Below the pieces are notes generated by a model that saw nothing but the letters and a program-made list of their open reading frames with translations, was not told the DNA's origin and searched no databases. The translations under genes and the position numbers were made by a program. Below, in pieces: positions 43,297-58,408 of a DNA stretch of 64,000 nt. Source of the DNA: Amoebidium appalachense (lineage: Eukaryota > Protista > Ichthyosporea). The DNA is taken from positions 4,418,259-4,482,258 of the forward strand of contig CAVNZM010000002.1 of the NCBI GenBank assembly GCA_963693365.1, written 5' to 3'. The first letter of the stretch is position 1. Each line of letters opens with the position of its first letter.

Positions 43297-44005
43297 GGGG
43301 GGGGGGGGGTATTTGGGGGGTAGGGGGGAAGAGGGAGGGAGGGAGGTCTACCGCGGACTCATGACGGGCCACAGGAGCCTCTGAGATGGGACTATGGCCT
43401 GGAGTGCGGCTTGGCAGGTGGGTGGCCCTTTATGGAAAAAAAAATTGGGGGGGGGGGGGGGGAGAGGGGGGATGGGAGGGAAAGGTGGGTGGGTGGGGGG
43501 GGGGGGAGGGGAGGAGAGAGGGGAGGGGAGGGGATGTAAGGCCTGACCGATAGGGGTTACAGCAAGCCTCGGGGCCAGTCTGCTCTGCTTGGCACCAGGT
43601 GGTGCAGCAGCAGCTGTGGACGGGGTGCTGCCCGGTGTGCTTGGTGGCTGTGTGCACGGCAGACATGCGGGGGTGCTGGGCGCACTGGCCATGCGCCTGG
43701 CTGCCCTGCTGGGCCAGGGGGCCAGGCAGGAGGTCTGTCTGGCTGCCATCTACCAGGCCTGCAGCCACGTGCTGGCCAGGGAGCCGGCCACGGTGCGTGC
43801 CGTTTATGCCATTGCCTGCTTGCTGGAGACGGCCTGCCTGCGCCCACTGCTACCCAGCAGCCCGGCTGGGCCGGCCAGCCAGGGACTGTGGGCGGGGCTG
43901 CGACGGGTTGGGCGGGAGGATCTTCTGCTTGCTGTGTGCTCATTGGCTGACAGCAGCCAGGCACAGGCATGTGCGGCCTTTGCCTGCAGTGGGGCAAGCA
44001 CGTAG
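38531..44005 (+). CDS. MED24: Mediator tail subunit MED24 (Med5-like), multi-exon
   Basis: N-terminus LQPLLLTAWESRWEPVRWGLAVQSVLPKG..LAELL and EELLSSPQPSRRLVSYVEHALGTRLV match the MED24 signature (AW.ERW...W....PKG; SPNPL.LSYL.YA). Long Leu/Ala-rich helical exons continue to the stop at 44005. Divergent from UROD across ~540 bp. Confidence 0.75.
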
Positions 44006-44574
44006 CCCCTCGAGCCTAATGTAGCGCCAGTAGATGGAATGATGCCCAATATAGCACCAGTAGATGGAATGAATATGCACGAAGGTTATGCACGGACCCG
44101 TGGCTGGCCCAGGGTTCACATGTGATTAAAAAACACCCAATAGGGTGTTGGGCATGTAGGTGATGGGGGCACTGTGTGAGTGTGGTCGCTTCTCTTGCAC
44201 TGTCACAGTGGCTCTGGGGTGTAAGGCAACGTAAGTGAAGGCACTGCCGGCCTAGTAGACCAGCAGCCTATATGCTGAGAAATATGAATGCAACTTGGCC
44301 ACTCAGGGCAATTGTGTCACAGTACGATGTTATGGCACAACTCTTTTACTCCCCAGGAGCATGGCCGAATGGTGATGACAGGACAATTGCAAGGAGCCCG
44401 TGCCTGCAGTAGGTCCATGCATGGAGTGTAAAACCACGTGCATACATGCACCGAATCAGGATATACGCATATTGTACAGCCCTCCTCTTTCCTCTCCCCC
44501 CGGGCCCCCCCAATCCCGGATCCGGGTCCCGTGGGAACTTTTTTGGGGCTGGAGCCATGCCAACTAATTGTTCT

Positions 44575-44605
<31 letters not shown>

Positions 44606-45372
44606 GGGGGGGATACACTTGTGGGCGGCCATGCACTGCATGACACCCTGTAAGTTGCTATACCGCTTTCAATATGTTGCCTGTACACTGGCCACTGGGT
44701 GAGCTGTAGGCCAATCATTATTCTAATCTTAAATGGCATGGTCAGGGCATGCAGGCATGTGCCAGTGAAAACGTGTACGACATAGGCCCAAAATCGCACA
44801 AGATGAGTGTGCGCTTGCCTTGCTTTGTTTATTTGGTTGGAATTGTACTTACGTCTTTCTCTTCGGTAAAAGTTGTTCATATGCATTTGCTAGGAGTTTT
44901 GAATAGAGCACTTTTGGATTGTTTACGTTGGGCCATGACTTGGATTGGTTTTTGGGTTTGTAGGGCAAGCACCACATGTACACGCATACACACGCACGCA
45001 CACACACACACACCCACACATATGCGCGCGCACACACACACACACACACAACACACAACACACCCATATATATACGTATATACACACACACAAAAACATG
45101 CACACATACACAAATGCACCACTACGTCTGTAGACACCACAGACACATACCACACACTTGGCACATACCGAGCCCACAACAGACACATATTCAACCCCCC
45201 CCCCCCCCCCCCCCCCCTCCCCGGCCCACCCCCCACACTCCCCTCACACGCACAAACAGCTTCCAACCCATGCATCCGGAAAAAACGTCCCCCGGGAGGG
45301 GGGGGAGGAGTTGAGTATGATTGGAGATAGGCGGATGTGCGCTGGAGGGCCCAAAAACATCGGCCGAGCCAG

Positions 45373-45763
45373 CTTGCTCCGAGCAAAATTATTGTGCTAG
45401 AGCAGAGCTAATCTTCAAAAGGAGAATTATTCTGCTGAAAGCAGAATCATTCTGCTGCGAAAAGCAGAGTGCTTCTGAAAGCAAAATCGGCAAAAGCAGA
45501 ATTGTTCTGCTTTTCAGAATCACTCTGCTTTTTGCAGAATTTAGCAGATTTATTCCGCAAAGGCAGAACTGCTCTGCTCTCGGCAGCAGGATAAACTTGC
45601 TTCAAGCAAATTAATTCTGCGACAATTCTGGTTTTAGCAGAATAATCCTGCTGCTTGCAGAATAATCCTGCTTTTAGCAAAATAATTCAGCTTTTAGCAG
45701 AATAATTCTGCTCTCAGCACTGAATATTTCTGCGCTTTGCTGAATATTTCTGCTCGGAGCAGG
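45373..45763. mobile_element. Foldback/MITE-like element made of repeated palindromic AGCAGAATWATTCTGCT units
   Basis: Terminal inverted CTTGCTCCGAGCAAAATTATT / AATATTTCTGCTCGGAGCAGG; more than 10 degenerate internal copies of the ~17-bp palindrome. Confidence 0.7.
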
Positions 45764-46139
45764 TTCACTCTGCTGACGTAATTGGACTCTCGCGGGGTGC
45801 ACAGCACCCTCTTGCTATGTTGCCGAAGCTCAGCCTGCCAAAGCGTGGGCAAGCTAAGCATGCGCATAGCAATACGTAAACAGATGAATGCCGTGTATGA
45901 ATTCTCACAACTTGAAGTGGATCTGAATGCAAACAAAAACCCATTGATTGTCCACTTGCCTTTTTGTGATTTTTTGATTAGAAGCTGTTGCTGTGTTTTC
46001 AAACTGGGGTTGCCAGGGTTTGATGAATAGAAGCACGGTTTTGCTTTGGCTTTTCAATCAAAATCCACGTTCAATGTTGTTTTTAATCTGGCTGATGATT
46101 TCTCGCTTCTGATGGCTATACTTGTGTGTTGCGGGGGTG

Positions 46140-47600
<1,461 letters not shown>

Positions 47601-48594
47601 TACCCACACATTGACCTTTTTGCCTGGTAACCAAGCAAAAGCTTCCGTATATTTTTTTTAAAATGATAAGGTTATCAAAAAGGAAGTATTGTCTGCTGCA
47701 CTTGAACTTTAGTTTTCTTGTGTATCAACTTTTGTCTCCCCCCCCCCCCCCCCCCCCCCCCCCCTCCCCCCCCCCCCCCCCCCCCCCCTTCCCCCCTCCC
47801 CTCCCCCGGCTCCTTTCCCCCCAGCGCCAGCCCTCCCCGCATTCGACCTTAATTGCCTCCCAACCTCGGCGCAGCTCTAATTATCATCTTATAGGTGAAT
47901 CATTTCAATCATGAATGGCTCCTATAGTTGCATAGTGATATGATGTACATGTGAACGTACACACTGTCGGCGGAGACGCCGGAGAAACCTGGCAAGCAAG
48001 TTCACGACAGTCCTCCTCTTTTGTTTACACGTGTCTGATTGGCGGAGACGGCATCATGCCCCATTGGATAGGTTCATAGGGCACCACATGCCGTACACAC
48101 GATGCGCAATCCACCAATCACAGCTGTGCACCTCTTTAAATCTACTCCAGGCGACTCAGAGCCAAAGCTCCCGCCAGCGCGGAGCAGATGCCGGTGTGCC
48201 AAGCTTAGGCCTCCTAGGATCCTAAAGCATGTACCTATTTAGGAGGCCTTGCAGAGTGCGCATATGGCATGCTGGCGGCTGAAGCGCTGAGCGGTTTTTG
48301 TATTGTGGCGAGCCTGCCACGGCTCGGGTGCTTGGGCCTGTGCCATAGCCCTTCACATACTGCGGCTGTATGGACTGAACGGAGAGACGGCGTATGCCAC
48401 ACATGGCTACCGCCCACAAAAAGACCACAGATCTGGCCTTGGCCGTTTAACACAGGCAGTGCACACAGATCCAGCCTGCACAGGATCCACCGGATGCAAC
48501 ATAACGTTTCTCACCTTGACTAGTGGAGCGTTTAACTTGTGCGTCTCTCTCACTTTAATGACCGACACAGAGCCTCGCTTTTTTCTGCGCCAAC

Positions 48595-49835
48595 ATGGGC
48601 TCACAGCAGCACCACACGGACCTTGGCCTGAGCCAGGGCAGTGTGGACGACCTTGGCGTGGTGCTGCAGCGGCGCCACTCAACCACAGACCTGTTTGCCC
48701 TGCGCAGGTGGGAGACCAGGAGGGAGCACAGGGACAATGTAAACACGCACACAGAGCACACACACACGCCCAGCCGCACGCTGATGGGCGAGGAAGAGGC
48801 CAGGCGGCTACTGGACGTGCTAAGAGTGGCCACCGAACGGCGCAGCCTGCCGCAGTTCAGACGCACACAGCAGCAGCTGGAGGTGTGTGCACGCACAAGT
48901 AGCAGGGGGTAGAGCTGAGTCAGACTGTGTTTGCACAAAATGAATCTACGGGACAAACCATGCAAAACCAATATAGTTCGCCACCGTTTGCGTACTTAGA
49001 GCTTATATTTTTCACATATTATGTAACAAAATTGTTTAACTACAAAAAGGAACGATCAGTTGCATGCAATGGTAAAGGCAGAGGTACGTGACGTTTCCGT
49101 GCGCCTGCGCAGCGATTGCCATGAACACCCAGCACTCTTATTGTTAACCTTACCGAGCTGTGCAGGGCGAGACCACCAGCGGGTCCCTGCGGCGCAGCAG
49201 CCGTGCGTGCATGAATATCGACCCACGCACAGTGCCGTGCTTCGTCAACGACTCGGTCAGCCATCTGCCCGGTGTGCGCCTGCCCTTGGTGGGTGCCCTT
49301 CCTTTGGCACAATCAGTGCCTGTGTGCTGGGGCTGTGATGCAGTACAACACTTCCTGGCATGCAAGCCACACCTATGTGGCATGCGCAGATCTGTATTAA
49401 TATGGTGTGGTGTGCAGGGACAACAGAACCAGCCCCAGAAGCGCGGCCACACTCTGCACTGTGTTGTCAGTAGAGCAGAATGGCAATAGCCGTACTTATA
49501 CGCTGTCGGCGGCCGTACACCCACCCTTACATTGCTATGCATGAGGTTTCATGTTTAAATGTGAGCATGTCATCCTGTGATATGAGATCTTTGATCATGG
49601 CAACAACATAACCCCCCCCCCCCCCCCCCCCCCCCCCTCCCCAGGCACCCCAATATGCACTTGACACCCACGACAACCAGCCTACCAACCTCACCGAGCC
49701 CCACCCCACTGCCCGGCGGCCCCTCCCTGTCTGGCAGCCAGTGCTGACGTCACAGGAGCAGAGGATCAACGCCCAGCTGCAGCGCCACATGTACACGGCA
49801 TACTTGCCGAGCACCCCGGCGAAGGGTCGGTGCCT

Positions 49836-49867
<32 letters not shown>

Positions 49868-50544
49868 AAAAAAAAAAAAACACGCACACACACAGTTGCT
49901 AACACCAACACAACATGCAGCCAGAAGTGCTGCGGCCGAGGCACCCGGGCTGCAGGTTGGAGCCAGGGGGTTGCAGGCACTGGTGCGGGGCATGCTGGGC
50001 CAGCAGGCACGGAGGAGGACCTGGTACGAGAAATATGCACAGACAGGCCAGGCAAGCACACTGCTGACTGTCATAGCCTGGGACAACACCCCAAAGGTAC
50101 CATGCACGCCTTTGCTCTGGGGGCCCACAGCACTGCACAGCTAGACACTCACTATGGGGGTCCTTAGGAAGTGCCGGGAGGGCTCAAGGTGATGTGCCTG
50201 CGGGGGGACGAGGAGCAGGGGCAGGGGCTGCGTGTGCGGTTCAACGACAGGGCCACACGGGTCAGCGAGACCTTTGGGGCCAGCGAGTATGACCGCACAC
50301 CCATACACGTGCCTCCATTTACACTGGACGACCTGGCGGCACTTAGAAACGAGGTACGTGCTTTGCTGCTGATGTTTTGGGGCGCAAACTTAATGACAGC
50401 GTGCAAGAAAAGGGCATGATTGGGGTGTATGGGAGGCAGGAATGTACTGATGTTGGGGTGCAGATGATAGTGTACAAGATCGAAGAAATGGCCGTGCACC
50501 CCACCAGCCGCCAGCACACTCACGTGTACAGACGCTTCAACTGA
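48595..50544 (+). CDS. Protein phosphatase 1 regulatory protein with a Phactr/Bni4-type C-terminus and an IQ-like motif
   Basis: Last exons LRVRFNDRATRVSETFGASEYDRTP..FTLDDLAALRNE / MIVYKIEEMAVHPTSRQHTHVYRRFN*; upstream LQALVRGMLGQQARR; GT-AG junctions in frame. Start codon less certain. Confidence 0.8.
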
Positions 50545-51348
50545 GAGCTGCAGCCAGGGCCACGCACGAAGGACACAGCCTCACCATCTGCAAATTACAT
50601 AATCATCCCAAATTCGTGAACCATCTTTATAGTCACTAGTTGCCTGGCAGACCCGCTGTCGAGGCCCACCATACCAATATAGTAACTGAGCACTATTGTA
50701 GCCATACCAGTGCCCAGTGCACCACTATGCCCCTGCTGTTTGCAGCAGTGGCCCATGTCCTGCCTGCAGGACACTTTGTAACCCTCCTGTCTGTGGTTGC
50801 TGCTGGTCAGCAACACGGCAAAAAAAAAAAAAAGGCAAAAAAAAAAATGAAGCATGCAACCCCCACCAGCCCCTGCCCCTGCTCTGCCATTAACAATGCC
50901 CACACACACAATCTGTGCACTCAAAGAGGTAGTAAATACTAACTACAGAGAGAACCAGTCAGCCTTCCCTCAAGCAGTGGTTTGTAGCGCACAGACACTG
51001 AGCCCTCGTTCGCAACCATGATCATGAACCCCAATTCGTAATCATGGACCAGATATGTATGACGTGTCGAAGTTATCTTTCCCCTTCTCTAGAGCTCCAA
51101 ACATGTTGCTGCCAATACCCAGCACACGTATTATTACCCCCCTCCCCCCCCCCCCGATACTCGGTGTACACAGAAGCAGCAGATTTACACAAAAAAAGGA
51201 TGATGCCCCTCCCCCCCCCTCCCCTCCCCCCCCCCCCAAAAACACACAACACTGTCCACCTAGTACTGCAGCCCCCTCACCTACCTTCCCCGGCCAGCTC
51301 CTGCCCCCCTCCCCCCCCAACCCCCTCCTCACCCACCCTTTCCCCCGC

Positions 51349-51398
<50 letters not shown>

Positions 51399-51428
51399 CA
51401 AACTAGCCCAAACACACACACACACCTG

Positions 51429-52426
51429 CTATTGCAGGGTGTAGCCTGCCCTCTGTGCCTGTGCCCTGACTGCCTCCACTGTTGACGTGTCACCGTGCGC
51501 TGTGGCTGCCCCCAAGACCAGCTGGTAGGCCTCCTGGTCGGGGTATGGCCCTGTGCTTGGTCAGACCCAGCCAGCCACACGTGCCTCCCCCCCCCCCCCC
51601 CCCCCCGGGTCCCTACCCCTACCTGCTTGTAGCATGCTGTGGTACAGGTCCAGTGCACGTGCATACAGCTCCTTGCTGCCTGCCCCTGTGCCCAGCAGCT
51701 TCTTGTGCACACCCAGTCCGGCCTTCTGCTCACGTGACCAAAGTCAGCAACCAGCCTTCCCCCCCCCCCCAAGGGGTTCCTACGGTTGCCGGTGCGCGTG
51801 CGTTAAACAGCTGCCAGGCCAGGTCAGGGCGCTGTCTGTTGGCCAGGGCACCCACCAGGCGCCTCAGCACGGTGTTGTCCACAGGCAGCCCCACCCTGCT
51901 GCCAAACACAGACACCACCGCACCCAGCCCCGCCTGCTCTAGGTCAGCACCCAGCAAAATCCCCCCCCCCCCCCCCGGGGCAACAGGCAGGCACACACCT
52001 CTCCCCCTACACGCAGGCAAGCAGACAGCACTTCCAGGGAGGTCTCTGGCTGCAGCTTAAGGCCCTTGTGCTGCACCACCCGCAGTGTGCCCTGCTGGGC
52101 TGTTAGTGGCTGTGCCCGTGGCTAGGCTTCGTAGGGTGGGGGGGAAGGCAAGGTGGGTGTGCATAGGGTAGGTGGCTGTGTGTGTGTTCGGACAGGTATC
52201 TATGCGTTGGTACACACCTACGTGTGACTGGCGTGCCTGCACCAGCACGTGTACGTGTGTGTGTCTGCTCATCGTGAGAGAGTGAGTGAGTCAATGTGCC
52301 ACGTATGTGTGTGTGCCCTGTCCTTGTGTGGATCTACTTGTGCGTCCCGTGTGTGTTAGCCAGCATGGTCAAACATAGTTTTTCAGCTGGCTACCCTGTC
52401 ATGCTGTGTGCGTGGGTGAGTGCGTG

Positions 52427-52475
<49 letters not shown>

Positions 52476-53110
52476 ATGCGTGAGTGTCGCCCAGTGCGTA
52501 TGTGCGTGTGTGCATGTGCGTGCGCGCGTGTGTCAGTATGTGGGCATGTGCGTGCTTGCGTGCGTGTGCGTGCGTGCTTGCGTGTCTGTGTAGGTGTTTG
52601 TGCGTGCGAGTGTTGAAGTACGCATGTCAGTGTATGTATGTGTGTGTGTGTGCGTGTACGCGTGTCAGTGTGTGTGTCAGTGTGTCAGTGTATGTGTGTG
52701 GTTGTGTGTGTGTGTGTGCGTGTTTGTGCGTGTCAGTGTGTGTATGCGCGTGTGCGTATGCGTGTGCATGTACGTGTATGCATGCTACTGTGAGTGTCAG
52801 CCCACCTGCAGTGTGTCCAGGTGCTGCGGGCTATCCATCGCAGCCAGGTAGTCTGTCAGGGCCTGGCCGAGTTCTCTCCTTGGCACGTACGCGGGACTGC
52901 CCAGCCTCTGTGCAAGTGCCGAGACGTCTGTGCCCGTGTGCGCCTCAGCACCAGTCCCTGCCCCTCCCTGCCCCATACCACCTCCCCCCGCCTACCGTCC
53001 TGTGCTGAGGCCTTTGTGGACGCATGGCGTGCCCACCGCTGTGTGCTTGCAGCAAGTAGGGGAGTGGCGGCAAGCCGCTGGGCCGCACAGGCGCACACAC
53101 GCAGAGCCAT
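51429..53110 (-). CDS. Small mitochondria-targeted pentatricopeptide-repeat-like protein
   Basis: Arg/Ala-rich presequence MALRVCACAAQRLAATPLLAASTQRWARHAST; PPR-like motifs DNTVLRRLVGALANRQRPDLAWQLFN and ARALDLYHSMLQAGPYPDQEAYQLVLGAATAHGD. Confidence 0.7.
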
Positions 53111-53255
53111 GTTTCCTGCCTAGTTGTACCTGTGTGCCACCAGACTGAAGCCTGCTGTGTGTGCCGTGCACCGTGACGACTCAGCTGCTGTAAAGCAAGG
53201 CACAGAGTGCGCTGGCGGCTGGCGCGGCACGATCATGCACATCAGACTAAACTGG

Positions 53256-53263
53256 TGACGTCA
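53256..53263. promoter_or_regulatory. CRE/ATF palindrome TGACGTCA in the ~340-bp divergent promoter between the PPR gene and MCFD2
   Basis: Exact 8-mer between two head-to-head ATGs. Confidence 0.35.
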
Positions 53264-53452
53264 TCCTGCCGCTTTGTTAGCCAAGCAGCTGCGTCTACAT
53301 ACCATAGATTACAGTCTCAGTCTCCTTTTCCACTTTTTCTTTGTCTCTCTGCTCACCTCTCACCGTTCAAGGGCAGAACCAAAAGACGTCGACTTCAGTG
53401 TAGAAATATTTAGACTGAGTCCAGGCTTTCCAGCCCACAATCTACCGTCGCC

Positions 53453-55920
53453 ATGGCTGTTCTGAGGCCAGTTCTTCTTCTTGTGGTGCTACTGTGCGTG
53501 CTGGGCGCACAGGCACGCACACGCAAGAACTTCAAGGGGGAGGCCACCGACCATAGCAACTACGGCAGAAAGACACGCTCAGAGCGCATAAAGTGCGTGT
53601 GTGTGCTTGTGTGCGTGTGTGTTGTTGTGGTGGTGGTGTGTGCGCGCGTGTGTGTGGAGGGGTGAGGGGGCGGGGGTGTGGGGGAAGGGCGGAGGGGGGG
53701 AAGGGGGGAGGGGGGGAGGGGAGGGGAGCAGAGGGTTACTGACTGGGCTGGGTGGACAGGTTGATTCGCGAGAACAGACAAAGACTTCAGCTGGAGGAGA
53801 GCCAGCTGCCGCCGGAACAGGTGAGGGGAAGACCCCGCGGGGGGTAAGGATGGGGAGGAGAGAGGGGGCGGGGAAGGGGGAGGGGGGTGGGGAGGCGGGG
53901 GAGGGGGGGGAGGGTGGAGGGGGGTGGGGGGGTGGGGGGAAGGGGGGTTGCTGACGGTGATGATTTCTGCAGCCAAAGGGGCAGGATTCAGATTTTACCA
54001 CCGACTTCTATTACTTCAAGGTGGGTGGTTATGGAGGGGTGGGGAGGAGGCGGGGAGGGTCTTGTGTGTGTTTCTTTGGTGTAATATTGTGTGTGTGTGT
54101 GTGTGTTTTGTATAAGTGTGAGTGTGTGAGTGTGTGTGTCCGTGTGCGTGTGTGGGCATGTGTGTTGTGCTAGATGCTATGTGTTTTTCGACGTGATTGC
54201 TTTGGGTGCCTGCGTGTTTGCAATGCTGACACCTGGGGGTAGCGTGTGTGTGTGCAAGCTCTGTCGTACGTATAGGGCGTCTTTGTGTGTGCTGACATGT
54301 GATTCTATGGTCTGTGTGTGTGTGCTGGCAATTCAGGGCTGTGTGTCTCTACGTGTGCTGGCTTGTGAGAGCACTGTGTGTGTTTGGGTGCGCTGTCCTG
54401 TGCGTGCGTGCATGTGTGCATGTATGCGTGTGTGTGTGCGTGCGTGTTTTCTTGCGTGCCTGCGTGCGCGTGTGTGCCTGCGTGCATCCATGCATGCGTG
54501 CGTACGTGAGTCCGTGTATGAACACGCATTGCCTGCCTGCCTGCCTGCCTGCCTGCCCGCGTGTATGTGTGCGTGGGTGCATGTGTGTGTGTACGTGTGT
54601 GTCTTGACATGTTTTGCAAGTGCCTGTGAGCCAATGTGTGTGCCTGCCACCTGTGTCTGCACCTACCCTGCACCCACTGACTGGTTTGCAGCTGTACGAC
54701 AGCAACCAGGACGGCTATCTGGACGGTTTGGAGCTGGCGGGGCTGATGGCCAAGGAGAATGGGGACGGAGAGGGGCTGGACGACAACACCATCATGATGA
54801 TGGTCGAGCACATTCTGCTGGAGGACGACCACAATGACGACGGGTATGGGGCTGTCTCTCCCCCTCTCTCTGTGTGTGTATGCATGTGTGTGCCCAAACG
54901 TCTGTGTGTGTGAGATTGAGTGTGTGTGTGTGCCTGCACGGGTTGCTGCGTGTGTGTTGGGGTGTGTGGGTTTACACGGGTATGGGGATGGAAGGGTTGC
55001 CTATGTTGGTTTGTGTTTGCGTGTGTGGCTTGCTAGGAGGGGGTGGGTTGGGGGGGGAGCGGGGGGGAGGATGGTGTCATGAACCAGTGTCTGAGGATGT
55101 GCGTGTGCATATCTGTGTGTTGTTCACTGCGGATAGTGCGATGTAGGTTCCTCCAGGGGGGGAGGAGGGGAGGGGGAATGCCTTTTGGGTGTTTGTGTGG
55201 CGGCCCTTCTTTCGTTTGTGTAGGCAGTGGATTGGTATTTGTGTGGTGTGTGTTTACACATGTACATGTGTTGTGCACTTGCACACCGTGTATGTGTGTG
55301 TGCGTGTGTGTGGGAGGGGGGGGGGGGAGGTAAACACGAGCGTGCAGGTGTGTGCACGTGTGTGTGTGTGTGTGTGTTTGTGTGTGCATGTACATGTATT
55401 AATGTAAGTGTTCCGTTGTAGATGGACCCAGGGTGCGTGGGCCGAGCCAATGGTGGGGTTGCTGTTTCTAGATGCCATGCATTTGGACAGTTGCTATGCT
55501 TGTTAGAGGTCATGTCTGTGTTCGACCTGAACCCTTTTTGTCGTTTGAACTTGCTGTAAAAGGAAACAACGGTTGCCACATACGTTCATTACGCTCCAAG
55601 CACACCACCGTGTCACCACTATGTGTTCTTCCATGCTCTGCAGTGCACGTGCATGTTCCATGTGTACGTGCTGATGTTGTTTGATTGGCCTTCATTTGCC
55701 CCGTTGCCTGCCATGCATTCACCGTGTGCATTCACACGTCAACCTTATTCACTGTGTGCACCAGTATATTAACTAATATAACTCACTGTGTGCACCAGTA
55801 TATCAATTAATATAACCCACTGTGTGCACCAGTATATCAACTATTATAACTCACTGTGTGCACAGGTACATCGACTACCCGGAGTTTATCAAGTCTGAGC
55901 AACAGCACCAGAATCCATAG
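53453..55920 (+). CDS. MCFD2: MCFD2-like luminal EF-hand cargo-receptor cofactor
   Basis: Signal peptide MAVLRPVLLLVVLLCVLGAQA; DFYYFK / LYDSNQDGYLDGLEL..MVEHILLEDDHNDDG / YIDYPEFIKS..*. Confidence 0.9.
55750..55865 (+). repeat. 34-bp tandem repeat (~3.4 units) whose last unit supplies the final MCFD2 3' splice site
   Basis: CACTGTGTGCAC starts at 55750, 55784, 55818 and 55852; the last unit ends CACAG|GTACATCGAC. Confidence 0.85.
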
Positions 55921-56536
55921 GCAGTCACACATGTATTAGTGATTTGCCGGACATAAAGCACATGAAAATATATCGTGCAGAACGTGCATGGCACACATGT
56001 ATGTAGTATGTACTCGATGAGAACATCGCAACAGCGTTGTTGTATTTACTGAATATATAGCACAACTGTTGTGCCTCACATAGCACACGGAGCATGTAGT
56101 CGCGTGGCAAGGCAGTGCAGAGCTTATGTCAAATGCCTTTCCAAGCCTATGCCAATACATTTTGATCCTGTGACACAAGAATACTCAAGCATAATAAAAT
56201 GGTTGGATGGTTGACATCGCACATACCCCCCCCCCCCCCCCCCCCCCTCCCTTTTCAGAGCCACATACAGAATGTCCCGTAGAATGACGTACACAGTTGA
56301 CACGTGTATATGCGATGTACATGCATATTCCTACGTTTTGAGTCGTTTCTATATTCACAACTGTGTGCTCGCATGATTGCATGCATATACTATTCTGAGC
56401 GTACACAGCCGTGTGCACCTCATACAAGTGTAACTGTGGCAGTCGTGTGCACACACACGCAAGCCTCCCCCCCCCCCCCCCCCCCCCCCCACCCCACAAC
56501 GCAGATGCATTGCCCTGCATTTGCCCCGTCAAACGC

Positions 56537-56880
56537 TCACAGGCTAAAGCTCAGGTGTGTTGTGCTTCTCCGTTTGCTGCCGCCCACCAATGCCTGGGGC
56601 AGGAAGCCATACTCGACCAGCGCCTGCCAGTTGCTGGGGTTGCTGCAGTGCCCATGCTGTCAGCTACCCCCACACAATATACCCCCCCCTTCTCCCCCCC
56701 CCCCCTTTTCCGCGATACCCCCTCCCCTCTCCCCGTCCCTTTCCCCCGTGTGTACCTGCTAATGTCGGCAAAGTATTCGGCAAAAAACTCTCTGCGCTGG
56801 ATCACTGCTCCTGCCAGCTGCCATGGGAAATAGTGCTTGGGAGGAAACTGTGCAAAAGGCAGAAGTCAGCAACATAGCCC

Positions 56881-56911
<31 letters not shown>

Positions 56912-57245
56912 AAAAAAAAAAAAAAAAGAAAAAGAAAAAGGAAAAAAAAAAAATTCACCCTGGCCCCACCTTGCACGGAGCCGCCATGCGCACCAACCCA
57001 GTTTCGACCATTTCCTGCAACACGGCCGGTCAGCACCCTGCCCACACAGCAACCCACCCCGCTCTCCTAGCCCCACTGTTAGACCTTGTGGAAGCGCAGC
57101 ACGGCCGAGTAACGTGTGATGACGGTGTGTGTGGTACCTTCGGCCATGTGGAAGTGCAGTGTGTAGTATCGCTGGTCGTTGGCCTCGCACAGCACCTCCA
57201 TGCCCTGCTCGTGCCCAGCCAGCCCCTGTGCATGCCGTCAGCTGC

Positions 57246-57297
<52 letters not shown>

Positions 57298-58377
57298 CCG
57301 GCAGGCAGGCAGGCAGGCAGGCAGGCACACCGTGTCTGTGCCGGCAAGGTCCGGGGCCCTAGACATTGTGCGCAGGGTCTGCCTCAGCTCCTCCCTGCTG
57401 ATGCTGCCGTCCCCATCCTGGTCGATGGCACAGAACTCCCCCTGCAAGATGTCAGCACTATACACGAGTTCGCAATCACTACTATAAGTAGTGGTTCAAA
57501 TCTGATTGCCTCGCTTCAAAATGAGCCGCGGCAAATTTTACGGTCCGGTTGTCTCAATGGCTAAAGTCCAAAAACGATATAAGGACTTTAAAGTCCAAAT
57601 ATGAATAGAAAAAAGGCTTTGGCCGCCTAATTAATAACTTGACACAAAGCGACACATATTTTTTATTTAAGCAACATGGGTTTTCCGACGCTTATTTAAT
57701 GGTCAAAACAAGCAAAAACGCTAATTTTGTCTTAGACGATCAGCCCAAGTGTCGGCCGCCGTCGTGGTCGCCGGCCCCACACCCAGATGGTTTCGTCGAT
57801 TTTGACAATGAAGGACGCGTCGGACCGCTGCGACTCCTTATAACAATATTGCGCGTATTTTTATTTCCAATAAGTTTTGCTAGGTGACAAAAACCTGTTT
57901 TCTAGGTGAAATCGGGCTTAAGTTGCCCTTTCTAGGCTGTAAATTAGTGTTCTGGCCCAATCTCAACCGTAAACCATACACCGGAAAGCACAACCAATGA
58001 GATCATACCAACGAATCTTATATAGTTATTCAAGGACTTTTGGAATTCAATTCCGAACTGGTGTATACGCCACATACGCACCGAGGCAGCATAATAAACC
58101 ACATATGCACCATCTCACCATGCACCCACATGTGCACCACCCCGCCATGCACCCACATGTGTACCGCCCCACCATGCACCCACACATGCACCACTACCAC
58201 ACCTACACGGACACATCCAGTGTGGTACATGAACATATGTAGGGCAGTGGGAGTGGTAGAAGGGTAGGGTGGATAAGTGGGTGTTGGTGTTCAAGTTGGG
58301 TTGGTGGGGGTTTTTTTTCCCCCCTTCTTCCCTTTCTTTCTTTATTTCTTTCTTTCTTTCTTTTTTTTTTTTTTTTT

Positions 58378-58408
<31 letters not shown>

